Source: Flavobacteriales bacterium (lineage in GTDB: Bacteria > Bacteroidota > Bacteroidia > Flavobacteriales_D > CALLUQ01). Taken from it: 64,000 nucleotides of DNA. Numbering within the stretch: position 1 is the first letter of the stretch; the number at the start of each line of letters is the position of its first letter. The position numbers were made by a program, and so were the translations under genes. The DNA is taken from positions 722,792 through 786,791 of the forward strand of contig OY769938.1 in the NCBI GenBank assembly GCA_963669295.1, read 5' to 3'. The notes below the pieces were generated by a model that saw only the letters and a program-made list of their open reading frames with translations, was not told where the DNA came from and did not search any database. Positions 51,652-60,918 of the stretch are shown here, one piece after another.

Positions 51652-52087
51652 TCCTCACTCTACCTCCTCCCCCATCTTTTACGACTACTGCTTTTCTTCG
51701 AATTGTTTTTGTTTCTCCGTCTTTCTTATCGTACACAACAATATCTATCGTCTTCTTACACTCTTCCGTACTCCGATTTGCATCCCCGCAATTGGGCAAT
51801 GAATCTTCTGCTTTGTAATACCTGGTATTCAACACCTTGAGTGTTGAGGTACCCGTATCAGCATGTTTAGTAATGGAAATGATGAGGTAATAACTCTCTG
51901 CATGTACCCAATGTCCTGTTCCCGGAGTTTGCGAAGCCGGAACCTGGCTCACCCCCATGCCCTGGAGTAACCTTGAATCTTTGGATGTTTCGTATTCTTT
52001 AAATTTCTTATTGGGGTCATCAATATCTACAATAAGCTGCTCTGTTACTTTGTCAAAGCTTAAGTTGGTAATATCATATTCTGCCAT
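51644..52087 (-). CDS. hypothetical 147-aa cytoplasmic protein
   Basis: ATG start 19 nt after the caspase-like gene stop. Its stop overlaps the kinase start by 8 nt. No signal peptide and no family recognised. Confidence 0.5.
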   Translation of the reverse strand: MAEYDITNLSFDKVTEQLIVDIDDPNKKFKEYETSKDSRLLQGMGVSQVPASQTPGTGHWVHAESYYLIISITKHADTGTSTLKVLNTRYYKAEDSLPNCGDANRSTEECKKTIDIVVYDKKDGETKTIRRKAVVVKDGGGGRVRIA

Positions 52088-52106
52088 AACTAGTCGTTGT
52101 TAGAAT

Positions 52107-52919
52107 TTAATCGTTGTACATAAAAGTTCTCTTAAAGGGCAAGCGAGTATCTACACGCCCCTCATGGTAGTGCCAAACCGAAGACAATTGGTGTGGTCGA
52201 TTAGGATGAAACATGTACCGTTGAACATGCTCAAAGAAATCGTAATAATCATCCTCTGGCTCACGGTTCTTCCAGGCGCACAAAAGTGCCTCCGTAAAGT
52301 ATGAAAACCGGCTCCCCTCATAGGTTTTTGAATCTTCCTTGCTTCCCGACATTACTACCACACTGGCATCAACTTTCTTTCGCGGAATTCTTGGCCTTGA
52401 AAGAATTTCATCATACAACGACTTGTGTTTTTCAAATACATTTGGCTTATATTCTTCATCTGGGTCCACCAATTCAGTTTCAGGAGTTACACCTATCGTT
52501 GGCCCACTGTTGCAAGCATCCGAAATCAATACAATCTTTACTCCCTTCTTAAACAAACTGGCCAACTCCCAAAGCTCAAAATGAAACAACACCCGATCAT
52601 ACATGCACCATCCTTCATCCTCCAGCTCACTGTTTTCTACATCAAACTCCTTTTGAACACCCTTTCCATGCCCACAAAATGAAAGCACCAACATGTCCTC
52701 CGCTTTCATTTTTTTCGCCAGGGCTCTTAGCCTAACTTTTAATGCTGAAGTAGTTGCTTCATCATACAACAAAGGCTCCGACTTATAACACAATCCTTTA
52801 AATAAATCATGCAAACGCATCGCACCTGGTTCAGCGGTAGCCCAACCCAATGAATTGGGATAATGCTCCCTATCCACATTGTTCAGTCCGATGTTGATGA
52901 CATAACCTTTTTTTCCCAT
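52107..52919 (-). CDS. caspase-like (peptidase C14 / orthocaspase) domain protein
   Basis: C14 layout: YVINIGLNNV (p20 start); catalytic His context MLVLSFCGHGKG; catalytic Cys context KIVLISDACNSG; p10-like VVVMSGSKEDSKTYEG...FSYFTEALL. No signal peptide. Confidence 0.75.
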   Translation of the reverse strand: MGKKGYVINIGLNNVDREHYPNSLGWATAEPGAMRLHDLFKGLCYKSEPLLYDEATTSALKVRLRALAKKMKAEDMLVLSFCGHGKGVQKEFDVENSELEDEGWCMYDRVLFHFELWELASLFKKGVKIVLISDACNSGPTIGVTPETELVDPDEEYKPNVFEKHKSLYDEILSRPRIPRKKVDASVVVMSGSKEDSKTYEGSRFSYFTEALLCAWKNREPEDDYYDFFEHVQRYMFHPNRPHQLSSVWHYHEGRVDTRLPFKRTFMYND

Positions 52920-53170
52920 AATCTTTCGTTTTTAAGTGGTTCATAAATTTGTACTCCACAAATGTCACGAAAGCAAGCACACCGAATTACAAACATTTGG
53001 GCGATATTCTGCCTCCCTATAAAGGGGGAGTTCTTCCTCCCCATTTCTAAGTAGAATTACTTATAAAATACGCATAAACACGGTGTTTTTAATAAATATA
53101 ATAGTCTCTACCAAAATTCCAACTCTACCAGCCACTGTACTTATTCCTTCAAAATCACTACCTTTCTTTT

Positions 53171-53701
53171 ATGTACCGCTTCCTCTTTTTATGGTTGCTG
53201 CTTGCAGCGTGTACCACTGTCCCCCAACCTACCTGCGATGCGGGGGAAGCCCCTGCATTTTATACCATTGATGAAGACCTGGGCTACGTGATTTACCACG
53301 ACCTGAAAACAGCACAAGCCTGCTCGCGCACCAGCGGCAAACCCATACTACTTATGTTTACCTGTTGGGCCTGCATGGGCAATCGTGCCGGAGCAGAAAG
53401 CCTTTATACCCACCAAAAAGTACGCACCCTCATCAACGAAAACTACATCTTGCTGTGGCTGTATGTAGACGACAAACGTTTATTGCCTCATCCCAGCGGC
53501 ACCCAGCTCAACGGTCAACCCATCACCACCATTGGCCATCAAAACCTCACGCTCGAGATGACCCGATTCGATAACAATAGTCAACCGTTGTATGTGCTTG
53601 TGGATGCCGATCTCAATGCTTTGAGCGCCCCCCTGGGCTACCTCCCAAAAAAAGAACACTACCGCTTCGTTGATTTGCTGGAGCAAGGGCTCAAAGAGTA
53701 A
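53171..53701 (+). CDS. thioredoxin-fold lipoprotein (DUF255/thioredoxin-like)
   Basis: Lipobox LLLAACTT. GKPILLMFTCWACMGNR carries a CxxC-like motif (CWAC) at the position expected for a thioredoxin-fold active site. Confidence 0.5.
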   Translation: MYRFLFLWLLLAACTTVPQPTCDAGEAPAFYTIDEDLGYVIYHDLKTAQACSRTSGKPILLMFTCWACMGNRAGAESLYTHQKVRTLINENYILLWLYVDDKRLLPHPSGTQLNGQPITTIGHQNLTLEMTRFDNNSQPLYVLVDADLNALSAPLGYLPKKEHYRFVDLLEQGLKE

Positions 53702-53737
53702 GCAAAAAAGCATCAAAATGCTTACCTTGTAACAGTC

Positions 53738-54199
53738 ATGGAAACACTGGAAGAAAAAAGCTTGTACGACGAAGTAGTTTACCAGCAATGCCTTGAACGC
53801 ATTAATGAACTTACTGCCAACACCACCCCACAGTGGGGCAAGATGAGTGCTGCACAAATGTTGAGTCACTGTGCCGAGATTCAAGAGGTGAGCAATGGCA
53901 AGTCGTTGGAAAACACCCCTTTCATCATCAAGCTCATTAAAGGCGTGATTCGCAACATGGTGGTGAACCACAAGCCCTACAAGCACAGCACCAAAACCCA
54001 CCCGCAATACCGCCAACAAGATCCACGCGATTTTGAATTGGAAAAAATCAGGCTACTGGCTGCCCTAGAGCAATTTCAAAACGATAAAGCGGAAGGCGTA
54101 GCACATGCGCACCCCCTGTTTGGGCCGATGACTGAAAACGAAAGAGGCTGGGCCATGTACAAACACCTCGACTACCATTTAACGCAATTTGGCGTATAG
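53738..54199 (+). CDS. DinB-superfamily/DUF1569-like protein
   Basis: 153 aa, helical, with PQWGKMSAAQMLSHC at the N-terminus and HLDYHLTQFG at the C-terminus. This pattern is recalled for DUF1569/DinB-like proteins. Confidence 0.45.
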   Translation: METLEEKSLYDEVVYQQCLERINELTANTTPQWGKMSAAQMLSHCAEIQEVSNGKSLENTPFIIKLIKGVIRNMVVNHKPYKHSTKTHPQYRQQDPRDFELEKIRLLAALEQFQNDKAEGVAHAHPLFGPMTENERGWAMYKHLDYHLTQFGV

Positions 54200-54323
54200 C
54201 AACGTATTAACCCTTGCTTTTACCGAAAAACTTGCTAATTTTCATCAGTTTTTAAAATAGTTATGCATTACCATACGTTTTATAAAAGAGCAATTGTGTA
54301 ACTTAGTAAGAGTACATCGTAAC

Positions 54324-54482
54324 ATGGAGAAGAAAATCAAAGTAAAAACCGGCAAACGAAAAATCACCGTCAAGCGATCAGCGGTCAAAAAAGCGGTTTC
54401 AAAAGCTCTTGCAGATAAGGAAGCGCAGGATACAGAAGAAGCTAAGGAAGCTAAGGCAACTGAAGAGGCTAAGAAAGAGTAA
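54324..54482 (+). CDS. small Lys-rich N-terminal / acidic C-terminal protein
   Basis: MEKKIKVKTGKRKITVKRSAVKKAVSK then DKEAQDTEEAKEAKATEEAKKE. The stop overlaps the next ATG (TAATG). Coding status is inferred from the coupling only. Confidence 0.4.
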   Translation: MEKKIKVKTGKRKITVKRSAVKKAVSKALADKEAQDTEEAKEAKATEEAKKE

Positions 54483-55105
54483 TGGCCACCGCTACCTACA
54501 ACGACTCGGTCTTCATCAACTGTCCGTTCGATGATGCCTATACCGATTTTTTCAATGCCCTGGTGTTTACCATTTACCGCTGCGGCTTTTACCCGCGCTG
54601 CGCCAAAGAAGAAGACAACGCCACCCAGGCGCGCATCAATAAAATTGTAAAGATCATTAAGAAGTGTCGTTACGGCATTCACGACATTTCTCGCATAGAG
54701 TTGAACCCGGCCGGTTACCCCCGCTTTAACATGCCTTATGAGTTAGGATTATTTTTTGGCGCGCAACGCTATGGCAATGCCAACCAGAAAAAGAAAAACG
54801 CGCTGATCCTTGAGCGCGAACAATTCACCTATCAACAATACATTTCCGACCTCAATGGCATTGATACCCGAGCGCACAACAACAACATCAATACCCTTAT
54901 TCAGTTGGTGCGCAACTGGCTCAACCAGGCCTCGCGTCGTACTACCATTCCAGGGCACAACATCATCATTGCCGATTGGGAAGAGTTTTACGATCAACTG
55001 CCCGGCCTACTTACCGAAAATGGGCTAGACATGCCCCACCTTACCTACAACGATTTGTGTGTATTCATTGAGGTGTGGATTTCAAGAAAGATCGCAGAAA
55101 GCTAA
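54482..55105 (+). CDS. uncharacterised protein with a TIR / nucleoside 2-deoxyribosyltransferase-like N-terminal Rossmannoid pattern
   Basis: SVFINCPFDD (strand 1), IVKIIKKCRYGIHDIS (helix-strand) and NMPYELGLFFG (conserved Glu) follow the pattern of the TIR/NDT-like superfamily. The C-terminal 90 or so aa are unknown. The assignment is by eye only. Confidence 0.4.
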   Translation: MATATYNDSVFINCPFDDAYTDFFNALVFTIYRCGFYPRCAKEEDNATQARINKIVKIIKKCRYGIHDISRIELNPAGYPRFNMPYELGLFFGAQRYGNANQKKKNALILEREQFTYQQYISDLNGIDTRAHNNNINTLIQLVRNWLNQASRRTTIPGHNIIIADWEEFYDQLPGLLTENGLDMPHLTYNDLCVFIEVWISRKIAES

Positions 55106-55106
55106 C

Positions 55107-56561
55107 CTACTGTGGTGCTCCTATACAATTGGTAAAAGTAATGTTGCTTAAATCGGTGCCCGTAAAATCGGCTCCGGTTAAATCGCAATTGATGAATTCT
55201 ACCGTACCATTTACCGCACAATTGACAAACTTAGCACTACGCATTTTGGTGCCTACCGGATGGTTGATACTGGTGCCAAAAGTAACGTTCCCAAAAAAGC
55301 GGCTGCCGCTGAAGTCGGTTTCCGTATAATTGCCCAATACAAAGTCGCAGTTTTCAAAATTGCCTTCAAACTTTGCCTTGATGTATTGCCCATAAATGAA
55401 TTCTACATTAATCATAGAAGAACCAAAGGGCGCCACAAATTCCGTGTTGTTGAAGAATCCACTGATGAATTGCACCTTGTTAAACGAACATCCATTGAAG
55501 CGGGTAGGTACGCCATTCTCTAAATTGCGGTAGGCCGAAAGTCCTTTGATGGTAGAATTAAAAAAGCGACATCCATTGAACTGCGCTCCATATGATGCAT
55601 TCGATAGCACCTGGGCACTGTCGAAATAACATTGATTGAATTGAGTGGCAAAAAAGCGATTGTACCGCCAGTAACCTGCATTGGTATGTTTTACGGTAAC
55701 CCGCTCCCAATTGGTACCTGCTTCAAATCCGCATTCAATCATGTACGAATCGTGCAACTCTGTTTGGCTCCAATTGCTATACTTCATGTGCATCTTTTCG
55801 AACCGGCAGTTTTTAAAGAAGTTGCCAAACACCGTTTGGTTTTTCATCTTGGTTCGATAAAAATCAACTGCCTTGCTGCGCGGGTCAGCTCCAACAATAT
55901 TGCTGTTGGCAATGTGCGTACCTTCAAAGGTAGTGCCGCGATAGCTGCCCCCCGACAGGTCGACATATTCCATCAATTTGCTTTTTATTACCATGCCATC
56001 CCAAAACATGTGGCGCGCTGCCAACAACAAGTCGAATTCTTTTTGCGACAACAAATCCTGTCGTACAATGGGTTGCAACCCCCAACCGGGAAGTGGGGAA
56101 ATGCCAATGGTTCCAAAAATGCCGATGCTTCCTGTGCTACCACTACCAACAATGGTATCGGCCGGCATTACAGGTATGTGTTGAATGTCGTGCAGCTCCC
56201 AGTTTTCCAATACCAGGTAATAGGTATTTGGGTTGGCAGCATGATACCAGGCCACCCGTACCATGCGGTTTACCAATGGATCGAGGCTGTCTTTACGCGA
56301 CACTTCCAATTTAATCCAATCGCCTTGCTGGTCGAGGATGCGATCGTTGCCCAGACCTTCGCTGTAAAACGCTGCCCTTGAAATGGGTTGGTATTGCGTT
56401 AAATCATCTGGAGCATCCACTTCACTGCCCGACAATGAAGTGTCGATATTGGCAAGGTGCTCACTTTGTTCGTTCAATTCCGAGCGGATGGAAATCAATT
56501 CTTCGGTAACGCCACAGCCTATAAGAAGTAATGCAGCAACAGCGGTTAGTAGTGGTTTCAT
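55107..56561 (-). CDS. lipoprotein with C-terminal pentapeptide-repeat region
   Basis: Lipobox LLLIGCG. The C-terminal half is rich in pentapeptide-type repeats (FNGCSFNKVQF, FENCDFVLGNYTETDFSGSRF, FINCDLTGADFTGTDLSNITFTNC). Confidence 0.7.
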   Translation of the reverse strand: MKPLLTAVAALLLIGCGVTEELISIRSELNEQSEHLANIDTSLSGSEVDAPDDLTQYQPISRAAFYSEGLGNDRILDQQGDWIKLEVSRKDSLDPLVNRMVRVAWYHAANPNTYYLVLENWELHDIQHIPVMPADTIVGSGSTGSIGIFGTIGISPLPGWGLQPIVRQDLLSQKEFDLLLAARHMFWDGMVIKSKLMEYVDLSGGSYRGTTFEGTHIANSNIVGADPRSKAVDFYRTKMKNQTVFGNFFKNCRFEKMHMKYSNWSQTELHDSYMIECGFEAGTNWERVTVKHTNAGYWRYNRFFATQFNQCYFDSAQVLSNASYGAQFNGCRFFNSTIKGLSAYRNLENGVPTRFNGCSFNKVQFISGFFNNTEFVAPFGSSMINVEFIYGQYIKAKFEGNFENCDFVLGNYTETDFSGSRFFGNVTFGTSINHPVGTKMRSAKFVNCAVNGTVEFINCDLTGADFTGTDLSNITFTNCIGAPQ

Positions 56562-56658
56562 AGTATTGGTTTTTAGCGACCAACAATGTAACCATTATCC
56601 ACTTACCAACATGTAATTTTCGACGTATGGAGGAAAAACTTAGGTGATTGAACAGAGA

Positions 56659-57201
56659 CTATTGTTTCCAGTTCTCGCGACGAACAGCGTATACCAACTC
56701 ATCTTCCAGCACCCCGTTCTTGATCAGGATTTTATCGAAACGTCCTTCCAATACAAACCCGGCTTTCTCCAACACCCGTTGCGACGCAATATTTCTACCA
56801 AATGGCATGGCGAAAATGCGGGTGTACTCCCAATGCTTAAATCCATAATCCACTATTTGAGCAATGGCATTTGAAACAATGCCCTGCCCCCAAAATGGTT
56901 CTGCCAGCCAATAACCCAGCTCGGCATTGAGGCGATGGATGTCTTCCATGGGATGCAAACCAATGCCTCCCACTGCTTCGCCATTCACATCGATGGTAAG
57001 GATGTTGGCAGGAGAGTTCTTAGTGGCTCTACCAATAAAACCCTCCCCATCTTTTCGCGTGTAAGGATGAGGAAACCCATCGCGCAAATTATCAGCAATA
57101 TGCTTGTTATTGGCGTACTTTACCAGGCTGTCAACATCATCTAACGTCCAGGGGCGGAGGGTAAAGGAGGTGCTCAACGTTTGATGCTTTTCTCGTACCA
57201 C
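56659..57201 (-). CDS. GNAT family N-acetyltransferase (RimJ/RimL-like)
   Basis: LRPWTLDDV at the N-terminus; acetyl-CoA region WGQGIVSNAIAQIVDYGF; C-terminal N..S.RVLEKAGF. Apparent GTG start overlapping the upstream gene end, so the true start is uncertain. Confidence 0.8.
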   Translation of the reverse strand: MVREKHQTLSTSFTLRPWTLDDVDSLVKYANNKHIADNLRDGFPHPYTRKDGEGFIGRATKNSPANILTIDVNGEAVGGIGLHPMEDIHRLNAELGYWLAEPFWGQGIVSNAIAQIVDYGFKHWEYTRIFAMPFGRNIASQRVLEKAGFVLEGRFDKILIKNGVLEDELVYAVRRENWKQ

Positions 57202-57629
57202 TCAATCCATTCTTCGGGCGTTACCTTGCCGGCCAATTCTCCAATTAAATCGTAAGGGATCTTTTCCACTTTCTTGAAACGGATACAGCTCTTACCCATA
57301 TCGAGTTTAGTGCTTACATGCTTGGGGTATTCGCCCAAAAACCAATCCATCAACTCTTTACGAGCGTATACTCCCATGTGGTATACAGCCACAAAGTTTT
57401 TTTGTGAAGCCAAACTCATGAAGGGCAATGGCTCTTCGGGCTTGCAGTGATAACCTGCAGGATACATCGAGTGGGGAACTACCCAACCGGGGAAACCATA
57501 ACTCATGGCTTCTTCAAAGCCTTTGGGTAAATTCTTGTTCACTGCATCGCGCAATTTCGCAATGGCTTCTGCCCGTTCGGCAGGCAATTGCTCAATGTAA
57601 TCTTCGAATGAGGTGGCTACAATTCGCAT
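57174..57629 (-). CDS. DUF1801 (YdhG-like) domain protein
   Basis: 151 aa with SFEDYIEQLPAERAEAIAKLRDAV at the N-terminus and CIRFKK, a pattern recalled for DUF1801. Confidence 0.55.
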   Translation of the reverse strand: MRIVATSFEDYIEQLPAERAEAIAKLRDAVNKNLPKGFEEAMSYGFPGWVVPHSMYPAGYHCKPEEPLPFMSLASQKNFVAVYHMGVYARKELMDWFLGEYPKHVSTKLDMGKSCIRFKKVEKIPYDLIGELAGKVTPEEWIEWYEKSIKR

Positions 57630-57674
57630 GACGTTTGTTTTTAGGTTGAAAACAAATATAGCAAAAGGGAAAAA

Positions 57675-58325
57675 CTACCACCGTGTGGTTTTCCAATACC
57701 AGGCATAAGTAACATTTAGCCCATTGCCCACCATACCAGGGTTGGAAGGAAACAATCCGTTGTTGCTTTGGTGCAAATGCCCATAACTCAAGCGCAAACG
57801 ATTCGTATTGTTTAGCGTATACTCTAACCCAAGGTGAGTGGTAAGGTGAAAGGTGAAGTTAGACCCCTCTTCAGGAAACTTCTTGAATCCCTGAAAAACA
57901 CCTGCTCCGGTTGCTAAAAAAGGACTCCATTTCTTTTTCCCCAACAAATACCAACGGTACCGCGGAATAAATCCAACACCTGCACCACTATATCCATTAC
58001 CCATCCATTGCTGTGCCATTAACTCAAGGGTAATGGCATACCACGACGACAAGCGTTTCTCAATGGAAAAGCTTTCCATAAAAATGGAAGTGTTGTCTTG
58101 CCCAAGGTAATATGTTGTGCCAGCCTGGTAAAAATTCAGGTTGTCTTCATCAAACATGAATTCCGACACTCCATACGAAAGGGCAGCCACTCCCATCATG
58201 GTTAAAAAAGATGTTTGATCGTACACCGAAAAAGCGCCTTCATCCACCCCTGGAAAGGGAGGCAGGCCTTCTTGTGCCTGAATAGTAACGGGTAAAAGGA
58301 GCAATGCAACGACAATACTTCTCAT
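57675..58325 (-). CDS. acyloxyacyl hydrolase / PagL-like lipid A deacylase outer-membrane protein
   Basis: Signal peptide from ATG 58325. Small beta-barrel-like protein with an HxSN motif (GHLHQSNNG), as in PagL-type deacylases. Confidence 0.55.
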   Translation of the reverse strand: MRSIVVALLLLPVTIQAQEGLPPFPGVDEGAFSVYDQTSFLTMMGVAALSYGVSEFMFDEDNLNFYQAGTTYYLGQDNTSIFMESFSIEKRLSSWYAITLELMAQQWMGNGYSGAGVGFIPRYRWYLLGKKKWSPFLATGAGVFQGFKKFPEEGSNFTFHLTTHLGLEYTLNNTNRLRLSYGHLHQSNNGLFPSNPGMVGNGLNVTYAWYWKTTRW

Positions 58326-58381
58326 AACAAAGGGGCTTTGTAGTATAGATACCGTTGACAACGATTTGGTTGGAAAGGGAT

Positions 58382-58750
58382 TTAAGAACTCACCCGCGCC
58401 ACGAGATAAATCAGCGCCACACACAGCAATACACTTACCACAATGTTGGCAACGGCAAACAGGTGGTTGCCCGATCGAATCAGCTCAAACGTTTCGTTGC
58501 TGAACGTTGAAAAAGTGCTAAAGCCACCACAAAAACCGATGACTAACAACGGCTTTAAAAAACTGTTGGCACTAATTTTATCGCTGAATGCATACACCAC
58601 TACTGCCAACACAATACAGCTTAGCACGTTGGCTGTTAATGTACCTAGAGGGAAGGCAGATTTGCTGTAAGTGCCTACCAGTTTCCCTACTCCAAAACGC
58701 GCCAGGCTTCCCAGCCCACCACCAATAAATATGGCCAGCCAGGTGCTCAT
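58382..58750 (-). CDS. crcB: fluoride ion channel CrcB/FluC
   Basis: [19 protein letters not shown]..., GTLTANVLSC and GFCGGFSTFSTF are typical CrcB motifs. The ATG at 58750 overlaps the PAP2 stop (ATGA). Confidence 0.85.
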   Translation of the reverse strand: MSTWLAIFIGGGLGSLARFGVGKLVGTYSKSAFPLGTLTANVLSCIVLAVVVYAFSDKISANSFLKPLLVIGFCGGFSTFSTFSNETFELIRSGNHLFAVANIVVSVLLCVALIYLVARVSS

Positions 58751-59331
58751 ACAGGATAAAGGTTTTGGCGTTTCAACAAGTAAGTATATCCTTTGTAAAT
58801 CAGTAATCCATAAGCAATTCCCAACAAGGCTCCACATGCAATATCGATGGGGTAATGCACGCCCACATATATGCGACTGTAGGCCACCAGTGCTGCCCAC
58901 AACCATAGGCCCCACAACCATTTCTTATTGCTGTGGCGAAACAACATCCCCATAAAGGTGGCAATGGCAAAAGAGTTCGATGAATGGCCCGATACAAAGG
59001 TGTATTTGCCCCTGCAACTGTCTACCACCAGGTGTACCATCGATTGAATGTCGAGGTTATGGCAAGGACGGTAGCGCCCTACTCCATGTTTTAACAGGTT
59101 GGTGGTTTGATCGGTCATGGTAATGAGCAACGCAATGGCGGGCAGTGCAAAAAGCAGTGCTTTCCATCCATACTTGCGCTGCAATAAAAATAACAACAAC
59201 AGGTAAAAGGGAATCCAAACATACTTATTGGTGACCCAATACATCACTACATCAAAAAAGGCATTGTGCTGTCCGTTGAGCAATAAAAACAACTGTTGGT
59301 CCCAGCTTTCTATTTGCTCTACCCAGCTCAT
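58747..59331 (-). CDS. PAP2 family phosphatase (membrane-bound)
   Basis: The three PAP2 motifs are present: [15 protein letters not shown] and [13 protein letters not shown]. Overlaps the obg stop by 4 nt. Confidence 0.8.
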   Translation of the reverse strand: MSWVEQIESWDQQLFLLLNGQHNAFFDVVMYWVTNKYVWIPFYLLLLFLLQRKYGWKALLFALPAIALLITMTDQTTNLLKHGVGRYRPCHNLDIQSMVHLVVDSCRGKYTFVSGHSSNSFAIATFMGMLFRHSNKKWLWGLWLWAALVAYSRIYVGVHYPIDIACGALLGIAYGLLIYKGYTYLLKRQNLYPV

Positions 59332-60320
59332 TCCTCATTCAGTTTACTCCAAATAAGGTCTTTCAATTCGGTGAGTCCTTTTTGTGCTACCGACGATATA
59401 AACAAGTAGGGAACATCGGGCAAATCTTGCTTCATTTCTTCCATCAGTTCCTCGTCGAGCATATCGCTTTTGGTGATGGCCAGCAACCGCTGTTTGTCGA
59501 GCAGCTCGGGGTTGTATTGTTTCAACTCATTGAGCAACACTTTGTATTCGGTATGAATGTCGTCGCTATCGGCAGGCACCATAAACAACAGCAATGAGTT
59601 GCGTTCGATGTGGCGCAAGAAACGAAGCCCAAGCCCTTTTCCTTCATGTGCCCCTTCAATAATTCCTGGAATGTCGGCCATGATGAAAGAGCGATAATCG
59701 CGGTAAGGTACAATGCCTAAATTGGGAACAAGAGTGGTAAAAGGGTAATTGGCAATTTCTGGCTTGGCACGAGTAATTACCGACAACAACGTTGACTTGC
59801 CGGCATTGGGAAATCCTACCAGCCCCACATCTGCCAGTACTTTGAGCTCCAACACCTTCCACTCTTCCTTTCCATCTTCACCGGGTTGTGCATAGCGTGG
59901 TGTTTGGTTGGTCGACGATTTAAAATGATCGTTGCCTTTACCACCACGACCACCGGCTACCAGAACTTTTGTTTCACCGTCTTCGGTAATTTCAAATTCT
60001 ATTTCACCCGTTTCAACATCGCGTGCTACTGTACCCAGAGGCACTTCTAAAATTTCATCTTTACCGCTCGCTCCCTGGCGTAAGCTGGCACCACCATTTT
60101 CGCCAATAGAAGCAATAACGTGTTTGCGGTATTTAAGGTGTAATAAGGTCCACAACTGCGCGTTGCCCCTCAGTATTACGTGTCCTCCACGACCACCATC
60201 ACCACCATCAGGCCCACCTTTAGCGGTGTTACGATCGCGGTGCAAGTGTGCAGAGCCTGCCCCTCCTTTGCCAGAGCGGCAACAGATTTTTACGTAATCT
60301 ACAAAATTAGAATCGGCCAT
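59328..60320 (-). CDS. obg: GTPase Obg/CgtA
   Basis: Gly-rich Obg fold ([19 protein letters not shown]). G1 [10 protein letters not shown]3 DIPG and G4 TKSD. Confidence 0.95.
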   Translation of the reverse strand: MADSNFVDYVKICCRSGKGGAGSAHLHRDRNTAKGGPDGGDGGRGGHVILRGNAQLWTLLHLKYRKHVIASIGENGGASLRQGASGKDEILEVPLGTVARDVETGEIEFEITEDGETKVLVAGGRGGKGNDHFKSSTNQTPRYAQPGEDGKEEWKVLELKVLADVGLVGFPNAGKSTLLSVITRAKPEIANYPFTTLVPNLGIVPYRDYRSFIMADIPGIIEGAHEGKGLGLRFLRHIERNSLLLFMVPADSDDIHTEYKVLLNELKQYNPELLDKQRLLAITKSDMLDEELMEEMKQDLPDVPYLFISSVAQKGLTELKDLIWSKLNEE

Positions 60321-60331
60321 CTTATAAGGGG

Positions 60332-60907
60332 TTATACCACCGCCTCAATCGCCTCATAAAGTCGATCGGTAATCTCGTCGATAGACCCCAACCCGTTGAT
60401 TGCAGTGTACTTGTTTTGTGCTTCGTAGTGTGCTTTAACAGGTGCTGTTTCGCGGTTGTAAACATCAATTCTGTTTTGAATAACAGCGGGATCAGCATCA
60501 TCAGGGCGGCCCGACGTTTGGGCACGACCAATCAAACGGGTTTTCAATTCATCTTCTGGAACATCGAGCGCCAACATGCCAGTGATGCTGGTACCGATAG
60601 AAGTGAGAAATTGATCCAATGCTTCTGCTTGAGAATTGGTACGTGGGAAACCATCAAAAATAAACCCCGCAGGGTTCTCGTGTTTACTAACTTCCGACTC
60701 CAGCATCTTAATGGTGACTTCATCGGGCACCAGGTTGCCTTGATCCATGTAGCTCTTGGCCAACTGACCCAGTTCGGTAGCCCCCTTAATATTGGCCCTA
60801 AAAATATCGCCAGTAGAAAGATGTACCAGGTTGTACTTTTCAATTAATCGTTCTGATTGAGTTCCTTTTCCTGCGCCCGGAGGGCCAAATAAAACAATGT
60901 TCAACAT
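60332..60907 (-). CDS. adk: adenylate kinase
   Basis: P-loop [12 protein letters not shown], with STGDIFR and [10 protein letters not shown]. Confidence 0.95.
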   Translation of the reverse strand: MLNIVLFGPPGAGKGTQSERLIEKYNLVHLSTGDIFRANIKGATELGQLAKSYMDQGNLVPDEVTIKMLESEVSKHENPAGFIFDGFPRTNSQAEALDQFLTSIGTSITGMLALDVPEDELKTRLIGRAQTSGRPDDADPAVIQNRIDVYNRETAPVKAHYEAQNKYTAINGLGSIDEITDRLYEAIEAVV

Positions 60908-60918
60908 GACAAATCGTT

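Noticed and set aside
58751-58921. N-terminal extension of the crcB ORF (179 aa as listed)
   Set aside because: The extension overlaps the PAP2 coding region in another frame. CrcB proteins are about 120-130 aa, and the conserved N-terminus starts at the ATG at 58750.
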